NCBI GenBank assembly: GCA_008632985.1
Contig: QPGO01000142.1
Span: forward strand, 124,001 to 188,000
Reading direction: 5' to 3'
Length of the DNA stretch: 64,000 nt
Origin: Psammoneis japonica
Taxonomy: Eukaryota
This document shows, in pieces, positions 49,071 through 62,014 of this stretch (the first letter of the stretch is position 1; every line of letters begins with the position of its first letter). The notes beneath the pieces were generated by a model. The model was not told the DNA's origin and did not search any database. It was given only the letters and a program-made list of their open reading frames with translations. The position numbers and the translations under genes were made by a program.

Positions 49071-50824
49071 CTTAGCGATTCCAGAAAAAGCTCGCTCCTT
49101 TGCTTTTTTCGTGGCTGCCTTTCAAGTCTGAGACTGAACACCCATGGTGCTGGGAAGCTTGCGGGAGCAATGCTTCTCCATTCTGCTGCAATTCCTTCTC
49201 TCAGAACTCTCTTGTGCAGGTCGGCACTGATGATGAGTGAGATGAAAAAAGACTGGAGGAGTTTGAATTTTGTGTGTGGTGTCTTTGTCAGAGCGCAGGT
49301 GCTCAGACTGTGGTGCATCCGTCTGAGATGGATGAACCGAGGTGGCTGTGTCTGAGTTGCATTGATCGTCAAGCAATGATGATGTGCATTCTTTCAGAAA
49401 GCCCCAAGCATTGCAACGTGTGTTCTTGGAATGAAGCGTTCTGATTGGTCCAATCTTCCATCGGCAGGGGGCTTTCGTCGGAGGGGCTACGTGGCCAATG
49501 ATCGATGACGTCACAGCATCCCTGCGCCGCCGCGTGCATTGTCTTCTGCATTGCCGCGAGCTTCAGACAACGTTGCTGAGGCAGGTTTACTTGTCTGAAG
49601 CTTGCTGTGCATTTGGCATTTTTGGCTCAAGTTTCAAGTGCCTCTGTGGAGTGTGTGTTCTCTCAGTTGAAAAGGACTCTCCAGAACTCCCAGTGCCAGG
49701 CCCTGCACAAGCGAGGGATTGTGCGCCAAAGTCCTGCGCAACTTTCTTGAGGCCCGCATGTTTGAATGACTGAACAACAAGCACCATCACTTGCTTGAGC
49801 AGGTGACAGCTGCAAATGCATGCAACATTGAGTTCTGTGGCTGTCACTTGTTTCCAATCACTTCTGTGCAGCTGCTTGCTCATCACAAGTGTGTTTCAAT
49901 GTTTCGGTGCAATGCCACATAGAGTCCTGGTGCGTTTCTGCACATTGGTGCATTTTTGCACATTTCCCAGAAACTCAAAAATGTGCCCTGCACATTTAGC
50001 TGGTCCTTGACAGTGCTGCATGTTTGCCATGCAGCATTCCAGCATGAGAAGGTGTTCTCACCGGAGATTCTCGCCTCTCAACCTTTGGGCCGACACTGGC
50101 ACAAACGGCAAACCGGGCGGTGCCACAGCAGCAGCACGCACAGCAATTGCTCTCTTGGTCTGAAAACAGTCCATGCATTTTTCATCACTGAGCACAATGA
50201 GCAATGTGAGGGAATTTGTTTTCTGGCACTCACTCACCACCTGGTGAGGGAGACTCCCCAAAGGGCCCCAAAGGGGTGCAGTTGGACACCACTTGAATGT
50301 TTGGAGCCCTCTGGCATTTCTTGACATGCAGTTGAAGATGGGCTGCATCATGCTTTCCAATGAGTGTAATGAGTGGTGTGAGGGAACTTGCTTTCTGGTG
50401 CTCACTTGCCACCTGGTGAGCAAGACTCCCCAAGGGTGCAATTGGACCACTTGAGTGTTTGGAGCCCTCTGGCATTTCTTTCAATTAAAGGTGGGCTGTG
50501 TCATGCTTTCCATGGCCTGAAGCTGGCTGATTGCTGTGAGTGTTCAATCAGAGAACAAATGATGTGGACACAGTGAAACAAGTGACTCAGCTCAGCTGGA
50601 GCAGTGTGTGGAGAGACATTCTTGCATGTGCACAATGCTGTCACCTTCATGTGTGGGTGCTGACGAATGTCGCCACAGTGATGTGGTCACCAATGGGTGA
50701 GGCAACCAGGGTGTGGAACTCATGCACACTTGGAGTTGCCACAGTGTGCCAAACATGACCAGCTCTCCCTCTCCATTTTGCTGAAAATGGCTGACAAAAC
50801 TGCAACCAGAATGTCTGCCACAAC

Positions 50825-51172
50825 AGCTCTGGGGCATCAAGACATGAGATGCAGAAACATTGAAAGGAAAGACACTTTTGAATCCTGGTGTGGCACAGAA
50901 CAATGATTCTCTCTCAAGAGAGATGATGCACCATCACTTGTCCCCTGTGCATTGTTTTTTGTTTTGTTCTCACCCTTTGGAGTGAGTCATTTGGTTTGCA
51001 TGATTTGTCTTTCAGCATCAGGAGGTGCCTGTCATGTCGTTGGTTTGAAGATTGTTCTGGCACCACAGGCAACCCCCATGGCCACTGCAGACTGCTGAGG
51101 CAAGTGCAGAGAGAGTGTTGCAAAAGACCTTGCAGGATTCCCTTTTGGTGACATTGACTTGCTGGTTCAACA
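50825..51172 (+). repeat. 5' LTR of the Copia element (start approximate)
   Basis: Homologous to 57768-58116; both end ...gacttgctggttcaaca. Confidence 0.75.
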
Positions 51173-54100
51173 TTCACTCCAAAGAGGCTCAAGCAAAAAT
51201 GGCAAGTGCTTGTAACTTCTGGCCTGCATGCAGCCAACAACTGAACACTGAGACCCTGCACTGTGAGTGGCATGGGAGGTGACAGGAACCAAGTCTGAGA
51301 GGTTGTGGCCATGGAAGAGGTGACAAACATCACAGGTCTTTCAATGCAAACACAAGTGCCACATTGAAGAAATCCCTGATGGCACCCAATCTGTCAAAAG
51401 GAGGCAGCCTGGAGAAGGTGCAAGAGAAAAAGCAAGAGGACAAAGAGCTGCAGTGCAAGCACAAAGTGGAGCTGCATGACTGCCATGTGAAGGCAAGGCA
51501 GTTTGATGAGAACAAAGCAACAACATTCTCCAAGATGCTGGATGGCTTTTGCACCAAGCAAATGAGGCAGAGAGTGCAAGATGATCCAACCAATTCAACA
51601 ACCAGGGCTGATCCAATCAAGCTGTTGAAGCTGATCCAGACCCTTGCATTCAACTCAATGAGAGGCCAACATCCATTCTGTGCACTTGTCAAGTCTCTGA
51701 AGAACATTTTAGATGTGAGACAACAAGAAAATGAAGGAACAGGCAATTGCTCATCAACATTTAAGAACCAGCATGACACTGCGAGCAAAAGGCCAGAAAA
51801 AATGTCAGATGGATTGGTGTTTGAGACATGGGTGACACATCTGTTCACAGAGAACATTGGTGATCACTGTTGCAAGAGCCTCAAGGAGAGCTTCATGAGA
51901 GACTGCAATCTGGGCAAAGACACCCTTCCAAAGACTCCAGAGAAAGCAACAGATGTGTGACTGAAGCAACCATCCAAAGGACAATCATCCCCAAGCAATC
52001 ATGTCAGGAGAAGAAATGACAGCCAAGGAGGCAATGAGAAAGACAATGGCAACAATGACAGCAAAAATGACAAGGGCCAGAGCCATGCCCAGACAAGAAA
52101 CCAGGGCAACACTGCACAATGTGCCACTGCTGTGGCAACAATGTTGCACATGGCAGTTGGTTTGAGGCTGCCAGAAGGAAACTGGACATTGGGGGACAGA
52201 GTCATGCACAGACTCAGAGTGGAGAAGAAGACCATTCATTGGTGGAAAGCAACAGCACAAGCATTGACATCACAAGATCTGACAGACTGACCCATTCCAG
52301 CCAAAGCAAAGGTCATGCATGGAATGGGCTGCACAGCTGGCAAATGAGAAACCGCAGAAGAGAGCATGAACCAGATGACGTGGTTCCAACTGTGGAATGG
52401 AATGCCACAGGGTGTGCACCAAGAGGGAGGCAGCTGACACTGAGTGAGCACTCATGTGTTGTGGAGTGTGAGAAATTCAAAACAATTTTGCACTCAAATC
52501 AGGTGAAGAATCTGTCAATTGTGCCTGAAGACATGGACAAGATGGTGGCAATTTGGGGACCACCACCAGATGTGACAAAAGGCAATGCCAAACACATGCA
52601 TCATTCCCACAAGAGGAATGACATGACAGTGATTCCACCTGACTGAGTCTCATGAGAATCAGAGAGGCAATGTGACTCTCTGCATTGGCATCATGGAAGC
52701 GTGCACAGTCATGAAGATGCAGCGCAAAATTGACAAGACAATCAAGAACCAATCAAGTGTGACACTGAGGTCCAAGAAGCACATTGATGTTTGGTGCAAC
52801 GCACTGGACACAATCCTTCAACAGCACTGCATGGCTTCATTCAAGATTTTGTGAAATGCAATCCCAAGTTCATGAAGATGCTGGCAAAAGTTGCTGATGG
52901 CATGAACCTGGAACTGCTTTCCACAAATGCTGTGGAGCATGTTCTGGAAGTTGAGCAGAGCATTGAGACTGTCAAAGAATGAACTTGTGCCACTGTGCAT
53001 CACCTGCCACACAAGACAACACCCAAATTGCTGTGCAAGCATGCCATCACAGAGACCACTGTCATGACAAACGTGTGCCTGCAGAAGGAAGGAATTTCCA
53101 ACAAGGGCAGATTGAAGAAATGTGTCTGATGGAAAGGACCAAGGATGTGGTCATGCTGATGTTCCTGTGATGGAGAAACAAGATGGCAGCACAAAAGGGT
53201 GGATGGTTGGAGGTGGGGAGCCAACAAGAAAATTGGCCAAACAAGGATGAGTCAGCCAGTCTGACAGCATTGTTCATTGGAGTCATGATGACTGCAACTG
53301 TCAATGCCATGAGGAAGAGTGTGATGAAATGACTGCTGATGTGCCAACTGTGTTCACACAGACACAAGTGACAGATTCAGACTGAGGAGGGTGAAAAACA
53401 GATTGTGATGAAGATCACAGTAAAGTTGGTCAACTTGCCAGTGAGCATCAGCTCCAGCCTGTGTGAACCACATGTGGTCCTGGAAAACGAGCATGGAGTC
53501 CTCTGCATCCAATTCATCAGAGCAATTTGTGGCATGTTGGTCACAGCTCCACCATGGTGCAAACAGCTTCAAAAAGACTTTGAGAAAACAGGGTTTAAGT
53601 TCAACCCATGCAACCCATGCACTGTCAACTGGGCAGTCAATGGCAAGCAGCAAACTGCCTGTTTCCTGTTTCCATTTGAACAACCTGATGTTGAGCCACA
53701 AGAACCCAAAAGCAAACAACAAGTTTCCAAGCTGGCTGAACAAAATGTGTGGAAGCCACATGGCAAAGTCATTGCAACTCAAGGAAAAAGGCATGAGTGC
53801 CTGGGGATGACCCTGAACTTCAGTGAAAAGGGCAAGGTGAAGGGCAGTGTGACTGACTGTGTCAAGAAGATGTCAGACATCAGCTCCTGGAGAAGATCAA
53901 GAGTGCAGATGTTGCCATGGCACCAGCTGGAGAAAAACCATTTGAGGCTGGTGGGGTGATGTTGCCGACCAACAAAGCAGAGACACACCACACCTGGGTG
54001 GCCAAGGGGCTGTTTGCATCCAAGAGAGGCCACACAGATGCACACCCCACCATTGCAGCATTGTGCACGTGAGTCAAAGAGGAGCCTGCAAACAAAGATT

Positions 54101-57100
54101 GGGACAATTTGGTCTGCTGTTTAAGACATTTGAGTCAGACACAAAATGAACAGTCACTGCATTTGGTGCAGATGGCTTGCAAACAACAAAGTGGTTTGTG
54201 AGTTCACCATTCATGGTGCACTCAGCTTTCAAGCACCACACACAGGAGGAGTTGTGACAATGGGCAATGGAGCACTGCAGGCCATGTCAAAGTGCCAGAA
54301 GGTCAACATGACATGAACCAGCACAGAGGCCAAACTTGCATGAATTGATGATGTGCAATTGATGGACCATGATCCTTTGGACAAAGTGTTGTTCATGGAG
54401 CACCAAGGGCATCCAATTGACAAGAACATCCTGCATCAGGATGACAAGAGCATCGTCATTCTGTTGGAAATGAATGGGCACAGGAGGGCAGACAAGAGAT
54501 CCAGAGCACTTCACATTTTGCATTTCTTTGTTGCCAATCAGATTGAGAAGGGCAGCTTGAGAGAACACAGCATTGCCCAGCAGATGATGTGCTTGGAGAC
54601 TTCATGACAAGAAAGCCATTGCACATCAAGAAGTTTTGCAAGTTCAAGCAAGCCGTTGTGGGTGGCAAAGAACAAGCATGACAGGAGTGCATCCTGTTTG
54701 TGACATCAGATGAGAACTCTGATGCATGTGGGTGAAAGACACCCCTGTTCAATGAGAGATGGGCAACAGTGCCTCAGATTTGACAGAACACAATGCACAA
54801 CATCAGCAATTTGTTCATCAACAACAGCCATCAACCATGAGTGAGTGAGGTCAATGAAGCAGTGAAACTCAATGATGAGTTGGGCACACTCTGTGATGTG
54901 ATTGTGCAACAGTGCTCAGAAAATTGCTGGAAAGATGTGATGGCCATGACGGGTGTGTCACAAATGCCAAGAGACAGTTGTTGAGTGCAGATGTTGACAA
55001 GAGAATGCCAAGGGCTTGAAATCCACATTTCAAGGAAACAAGTGATGAACCAACACAATGGCTTGGGGGCAACAAGAGCCAATTGAGTTGTGACCCTTGC
55101 ACCCACCATCATGATGTTTTGGATGTGCGCCAGATGATTCTGGCAATGAAGGACAGCAGAAGGAGTCAGGTGTTGCAGCATGACTAGATCCCATTCTTGC
55201 AGGTGGGCTGGGGCATGCCCTGTGTGTCAAGAGGCATGAGCCAACAAAGATTGCATGTGAAGATGTTTGCAAGTGGACTGATGAAACACAAATGCATGTC
55301 TGCCACTGCACTGATGTTTTTGTTGTTGCACATGATGGTCTGAGTGCACCACACAAGATGGCCACCATGCACCAATGGAGCTTGCACAAAATCAAGGAGC
55401 TTTGGCAGATTGGCATGTGCTGAGCCTCAAGGCAGGGCAAGGTGTGCATCTCCCACCATGGGACTTGATCGTTTGTAGATCGACGGCCGCAACGTCGATC
55501 AAGATGAGAGTGCAGTCACACCACTGTCAAACAGTGCTCATTTCGATGGTTGTGCTGGATTTCTCGGCAATGTTGACTGTTGTGCCGCATTTGGACACAC
55601 CAACAAGCAGTGTGTTTGCTGACTTTTTCTGCAGGGCTCTCACGACCGCTGCATGAATGAGTTTGCAATCACCAGGTTTGCCTCCACTGCAGATGATGTG
55701 ATGACCAGTGTCCAAGGAATGCACACGTGTGGGCAGCATCATTTTTGTTTCTGCTGTTTCTCATGACAGATGCAGAAAATGACATTGTGATTTCCAATGT
55801 CGACAATGCACCGTGTGCGACATGGAAAAGGAACAATGGAATGTTTTTTTTTCAAAGAGAGAAGAGGAGCTAATTTGTGTGGTGAGTGCAGTTGTTGGAC
55901 GCTGCAAACAATTGTTGGCACCTTGTTTGGAATGTTTTTTTCTTCCCTGTCAAAGCGACAGCAGCAATCACAGCACCTTGCTCATTTTTGCCCCATGGTG
56001 TCAATGCAGCTTGGCTGCGTGATGTGGCACGTGGTTTGCTTTATCACGGGACAGTGCGTGAAACCAAAAGTGCAATGGACAGGAGCTCCGAACCATCGGC
56101 GATCGGATCTGGAACCAGCTCGTCGAGCTCGTTCCAAATCCGTGCTCAAATGGATCGGAGCGGCTGTCCTTCGTTGCGTCTGTACGTCGTCCGCACGGAA
56201 ACTAATTTTACCACCATTGGACACTCTAACTGGCCAACCACCCCAATGGGCAATGAAGCACAGAAGCTCAACACATGAAACAGCACAGAGGCCAAGCATG
56301 CAGGAGTTGACAATGCAATGACCATGATCCTGTGGATGAAGTTGCTTGTGGAGCACCAAGGGCATCCAATTGACAACAACATCCTCACTCAACATTTGGC
56401 AGTTTTTTGTCACACCAGCCAGACTGAGAAGGGCAACCTGAGAGCACAGCACTGCCCAGCAGATGATGTGGTTGGAGATTTCATGACTGAGCCCATGTGG
56501 GGCAAGAGGTTTTGCAAGTTCAAGCAAGCTGTTGTGGGTGGTCAAGGATGAGTTTGACAGGAGTGCATCCTGTTTGTGACATCAGAAAAGAGTTCTGACA
56601 CATGTGGGTGAAAGATCCCTTTTCAACGAGAGATGGGCAATGCCTCAGACTCAACAGAACACAGTTTGCAACACCATTGATTTGTTCATTTAAGAGCAGT
56701 CATCAACCATGAGCAAGGTCACCAAACAATGCAGCTCAATGACAAGCTGGGCACACTGCATGACATGCTTGTGCAACAGTGGCCAGAGAGCTGCTGGAAG
56801 GATGTGATGATTGCAATGGAGACATTGCATGATGCCAGCAAATGGCTGTTGAATGTGGACATCAACAAGACAATGTTGAGGGCTTGGAGCCACACTTTGT
56901 GACAGCACATGATGAGCTGACACTGTGGCTCAAGGGAGGTGAGAGCCAACAGAGTTGCAACCCTTGCATCCATTGTGACATTTGGATGTGCACCAGATGG
57001 TTCTGGACACAAGAGAAAACAGAAAGAGTCAGCAGTGTTGGCACAGTGAGATCCCACATCTGCAGGCATTGAAGAGAGTGTGTGAAGATGTCAAGAAGTG

Positions 57101-57767
57101 GGCTGATGAAGCCACTGCCACACCAATGTTTTTGACACATGATGGTCCAAATGCACCACAAGAGATGATGGAAATGGATGGAATGTGCACAAGACCAAGG
57201 AACACTGGCAGATCATTGGATGTTGAGCCTCAAGGCAGGGTGAAGCATGTTGTCATCACTGCAGGAGCCACACAATGAGAGCAACAAGCACATGATTGAT
57301 GATGAGCACATTGCAGGTTCCAGGGGGCAGCAAACTGAAGCTGGTCCTGGACAGAACTGACATTGCAAAACTGAGTGAAATGTTCATGGTCAGTCATCCT
57401 GCACTTGACACAAGCAGAAAAGGCCCACTTGTGAAGCTCAACCCCAGGTGCCCGGAGGACACAGTGAGTCAGCATGGACTCACATGGGACAAGAGTGGCA
57501 TCATTTTTTGTGACAGAGAGAAGTCAGTGTTTTTCTTTCATTGTGTGGAGAATGTTCAAGACAGCACAGATGTGCTCAACAACACAGTTGATTTCTCTGA
57601 TGGGAGATGGCATGCCTGCATGCACCTCTGTGCTCTGTCTGACTAAGAAGAAGTCAGCATGGCAAGGCACTGAGAGAACCACGTGTGGGCATTGTGTGGC
57701 AGTTGGAACTGCTTGCAAGCAGAGTGGATGAATCAGTGGTTGAAAACATCAATGCAAGTGGGAGGAG

Positions 57768-58116
57768 TGTGTTGGGACATGTCAAAATGTGAGACCTGGA
57801 AGTGTTGAAAGGAAAGATGCTTTTGGATCCTGATGTGGTGCAGAGTGATGATTGGTGTCTTGGACAAAAGATTCACTGTTGCAAATCCCCCATCTGTTGT
57901 TTTTGTTTTGTTCTCACTCTTTGGAGTGAGTGAGTCATTTGGTTTGTGCAATTTGTCATTTGGCATCAGGAGGTGCATGTCACATTGTCAGTTTGAAGGT
58001 TGTTCTGGTGCCATGGGCAACCCATGGCTGCCACAGACTGCCAAGGCAAGTGCAATGAGTGTCACAGGAGACCTTGCAGGACTCCCTTTTGGCAACACAG
58101 ACTTGCTGGTTCAACA
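57768..58116 (+). repeat. 3' LTR of the Copia element
   Basis: Starts TG after the purine tract ggaggag and ends CA. Shares ttgaaaggaaaga, ttgttctcac.ctttggagtgagt and gcatcaggaggtgc with the 5' LTR. Confidence 0.75.
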
Positions 58117-59349
58117 GCTTGGTCATGTCACTCAGGTCAAGTGAGGCCTTGAGAAAGGCCACTGCATCCTTCTCATGAACATGATGATGGGAACCACACT
58201 TTGGACACTGCAGACCACCCAAAGTGGTGGCACTTGACTTGGTGCAGCATGATTGGCCAGCTGCACAACAGGTCATTGTGGTGGGTTCCTCAGGGTTGGG
58301 TGGGTGAGTGATGGTGTCCATTCTTCAGTCATCCTTGAGATGTGCCAAAACACTCTTTGCAAATGCTGGCAGATCACCCTGCTTGGCAAAGTGAGTGAAA
58401 AGGCCTGCAGCCTGGCAGGTCTTGCTCTTCTGGGTGGCAGCACCAACAACATGGGTGCCAGTGGCAATGATGATGGCACCTTGAGGGGGGCTGACAGGTC
58501 AAAGCCCAGCCAGCTGGCCTTGAGCTTGTCTCTGGTTCATGCCACATGACAAAAGGATCCTGCCGGCACCAGCTCACCATGTTGGGGACAGGAGGGCTGT
58601 GGGAGTCCAGCAAACCTTGTGGCCATGCAGTGCATGATTTGGCAACAAAATGATGACACCAACTCCTCATTGTCCAATGACTTGCAATCATCATGGCATC
58701 AAGGCAGAGGTGGTGCGGAGTCATCATGAGCATCCTCAGCATCCAGAGGAGGAGGGTCCTTGGCATCCTGAGGAGGCAGAGGATGATCTTGATGGGGTGG
58801 ATCCTCCCTGCCCCATGACATCAGGGTCATCCGCCACTGCACTCACATTGCAAAGCATTGGTGCAAACCAATTGTCTGGGGGATTCTTTCCCAGAGAATG
58901 CTGGCTCAGAGAGTTGTGTCTTGAGCCTCAGGAGGGCCATGGAGTGGAGCAGTGCCTGAGACAGTGGCATGTGTGGCAGATGCAATGATCTGACAATCAA
59001 CATTTGGTGGGCCCAGACTTGAGGAAAACTGCTGGTGGAGCCAGTGCGGAGCACACAACAAAACAAGCACAGAGTGCAACCCCCAGGTGTTGCTCTGACA
59101 GAACCAGAGCCAAAGGCAGATGCTCTGGCTTTTGGGTGTCCCCAAACTGAAGCACACAATGGGTTGAGTTGCATCAATTGGGCGACGATGCAACCACCAG
59201 CTAAAGCTTAACACCTCAGACTGATGGTGGAGCGCAGACAGTCTCTGCTGATGAGCAGCAATGCAGTGTTCGGTCAAAAGCACATCACAAACAAAGCTGG
59301 CCAGTGCCTCAACCCACTCATCTAGAATCTGCTGAGTGCAAATGCGTTG

Positions 59350-59740
59350 CGTGTGACATTGGGCCCACAGAATTCCACGTGCGAGATCCACAGCAAAAGT
59401 GTCAAGCAATGAACACACATGAGTCATCAGCAACAGAAAATGAGGCCATTTTGGGAATGTGTCTCCTCCTCCACACTTCAAGTGCACCACTTGCAGTTTG
59501 CCTGGGTGTGTTCTTCAAACATTGGAGAATGTGTCTGGCCCATTTTTGCACTCACAATGAAGAAAATAGAAAGCCTTTGGTTTTGCAAGGCACAAAGCAT
59601 GAAACAATTTTGTAGAAAATCACATGCAGAAATGCACATGCATGATGTGGGATGTGATCCAAAAAACTGTTGATGTCACAGTTCAGCAGCATGAGGTCCC
59701 ACCCAGAGAGCTGGAACGTGTCCGCAGCTCCACAAACCAC
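59350..59740 (-). repeat. Inverted copy of the 23895-24290 dispersed repeat
   Basis: Reverse-complement alignment by eye; homology stops at tgtgaca in both copies. Confidence 0.8.
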
Positions 59741-59750
59741 AGCGTGAAAA

Positions 59751-60500
59751 TCCATGCCATCTGCTGGTGCACTGGAGGCAACACCAGTTTCCTGACAATC
59801 AACCCAACACCAAAAAGAACCAAAAATGGTCTTGTGACACTCATGGGGGCCAATTGTTGTCAAGCTGTGGGCTCTGGCAATTTAGACCAATGTGGCAGAA
59901 TTTTGGAAGGAAAATCATCTCTCACAGATTTGACGGACAAACAGACAGATGAAAGACAGTGTCAATTGGCAGAACAGTGTGCAAGTGCTGTTTGAAGCAG
60001 AGCCATGCACTGTTGCTGCTCAAGATCTGGTGACACACCTGCACCCATTTTGTTTGATGGCAGCCGCAAGCAGAAACAAAACGAGCACGCACCTCAAATG
60101 TCCATGCCATCTGCTGGTGCACTGGAGGCAACACCAGTTTCCTGACAGTCAACCCAACACCAAAGAGAACCAAAAATGGTCTTGTGACACTCATGGGGGC
60201 CAATTGTTGTCAAGCTGTGGGCTCTGGCAATTTAGACCAATGTGGCAGAATTTTGGAAGGAAAATCTCTCACAGATTCAACGGACAAACAGACAGATGAA
60301 AGACAGTGTCAATTGGCAGAATGGTGTGCAAGTGCTGTTTGAAGCAGAGCCATGCACTGTTGCTGCTCAAGATCTGGTGACACACCTGCACCCATTTTGT
60401 TTGATGGCAACCGCAAGCAGAAACAAAACGAGCACGCACCTCAAATGTCCAACTTTTTGAGTTGCCCGGAGCTGACCCTTGTGTGTTGAAGTTTTCTTGA
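59751..60500 (+). pseudogene. 3' relic of an ankyrin gene paralog, with a near-identical 350-bp tandem duplication (59751-60100 / 60101-60449)
   Basis: WQNGVQVLFEAEPCTVAAQDLVTHLHPFCLMA versus WQNGLEILFEAEPRAVAARDPVTHLYPFCLAA in the intact gene at 39540-39734. Confidence 0.9.
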
Positions 60501-60784
60501 GCTTCAAACCTGTCTGTTTGTGGGTTTCGATGTCACCTCAAAGATCTCCTTGACCATGCCACGATCTGTTCCAACTTGCTGCAGCAAAGAAATTGTTCTC
60601 TCTGCTCTCTAGCTGCTCTTGTGTCCTGGTGGCATCAGGTTGTGATGCCACATCTTCATCCTCTCAGTTTGAGTCATGGGGTGACACGGGATTGAGTTGA
60701 TGCGTGCACGCCTCGGCCTCCTCGAGAAAGACAAGGCTTGTGAGGCTCATAAAAACACATTGTCGTTGCAACTTAAGAAGAACA

Positions 60785-62014
60785 ATGAGCACCTGCAAAA
60801 TGAAGCAACGTGAGACCAACAAGCAGATCGAGCTGCTGCGATTGAAGAATCAAACAAACGAACTGGAATCAGCCATCAGAAAGGGAACATCGATGATTTT
60901 GCCACTCATCCCGCCCGGCAACGCCCAGCTCATTCGTGCCACCAAGTTGCTCAATGACGAGTTGCGAGTGGCCACCAACATCAAATCTCGGGTTTAACAG
61001 GCAATCTGTCCAGAGCGCCATCAAGTCGGCTCAGCAGCGACTCAAGCTCTACAACAACAGGTGCCCAGCAAATGGCCCAGTCGTCTTTTGCGGTCTTGCC
61101 GAGGTGCAAGACAGTCGAAAGGAAAGGATGACAACTGTTGATCTTGAGCCCCCTCAACCAGTCAAATTCTTTCTTTATCGCTGTGACAATCGTTTCCATG
61201 TGGATCGCCCAACTTCATCATGTGTTGAGGAAGGTGAAGAGCCATGCGGTTTCATTGTCGTGGATGGCAACGGGGCGCTCCTTGGTTTGCTGCAAGGGTC
61301 GCGAAGAAGAGTTTTGCACAAGTTTTCAGTCGATCTTCCCAGCAAGACTCATCGCGGAGGACAATCGGCTTTGCGTTTTGATCGGATCCGAGTGGAAAAG
61401 CGAAACATTTGCATGCGCAAGGTCACCAAGTTGGCCATGAATTCTTTTCTTTCTCACGGCGACCAGCTCAATGTGGCCGGTCTTGTCCTTGCTGGAAAAG
61501 CAGACTGCAAAAATGACCTTGTCCAGAGCAGCCACTTCAGGCGTCTCTGCGCTCATGTTGTGGCTTGTTTGGATGTGTCGTTTGGAGGAGAACGTGGATT
61601 TGATCAGGCAATCGACAAAAGTGCTGAAACGATCGGATGCGTCACGCTGGTTCGCGAAAAGCGTCTGTTGGAGAACTTCTTTGAACACGTCGAGTGCGAC
61701 ACAGGAAAGCATTGTCACTCCGCAGAGGAAACCTTGCACGCTTTAGAAATGGGAGCCGTGAAAGATTTGATTGTATGGGACGGTCTTGATGTGACCCGCT
61801 GCGAGATGCAAAACAAAGAATCAGGGAAGCAAGTGGTTTCCTTTTTCTCCAAGTTGCAGGAGGAAACAAAGAGCGTCGATTCGTTTGCAGTTGCCAAGAC
61901 AGAACCACTCCTTGATTGGATTGTCGACCATTGCAGTAATTTTGGTTGCAACTTGGAGCTAATGTCAGACAGAAGCGGAGTCGGAAAACAGTTTGCCGCA
62001 GGATTTGGCGGAAT
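60785..62014 (+). pseudogene. eRF1 pseudogene copy B (frameshift at ~60995, 3' truncated)
   Basis: GTSMI, ATNIKSRV, LYRCDNRFH, RGGQSALRF, DVSFGGERGFDQAI, ALEMGAV. An extra T in gtttaac creates a stop. Confidence 0.92.

Larger units (their letters stand above)
50825..58116 (+). mobile_element. Decayed diatom-type Ty1/Copia LTR retrotransposon with internal duplication of the RNase H/3' region
   Basis: gag (DPIKLLKLIQ, GKDTLPKT), integrase (HVLEVEQSIETVKE), RT (AICGML..GFKFNPCNPC..NGKQ, HECLGM) and RNase H (HQGHPIDKNILHQD) in Copia order. ~54290-55440 is repeated at ~56250-57245. Confidence 0.85.

Noticed and set aside
60785..62014. eRF1 duplicates as evidence of stop-codon reassignment
   Set aside because: Both copies are broken, and intact genes here end in TAG (RRF), TGA (oxygenase, ankyrin) and TAA (thioredoxin).
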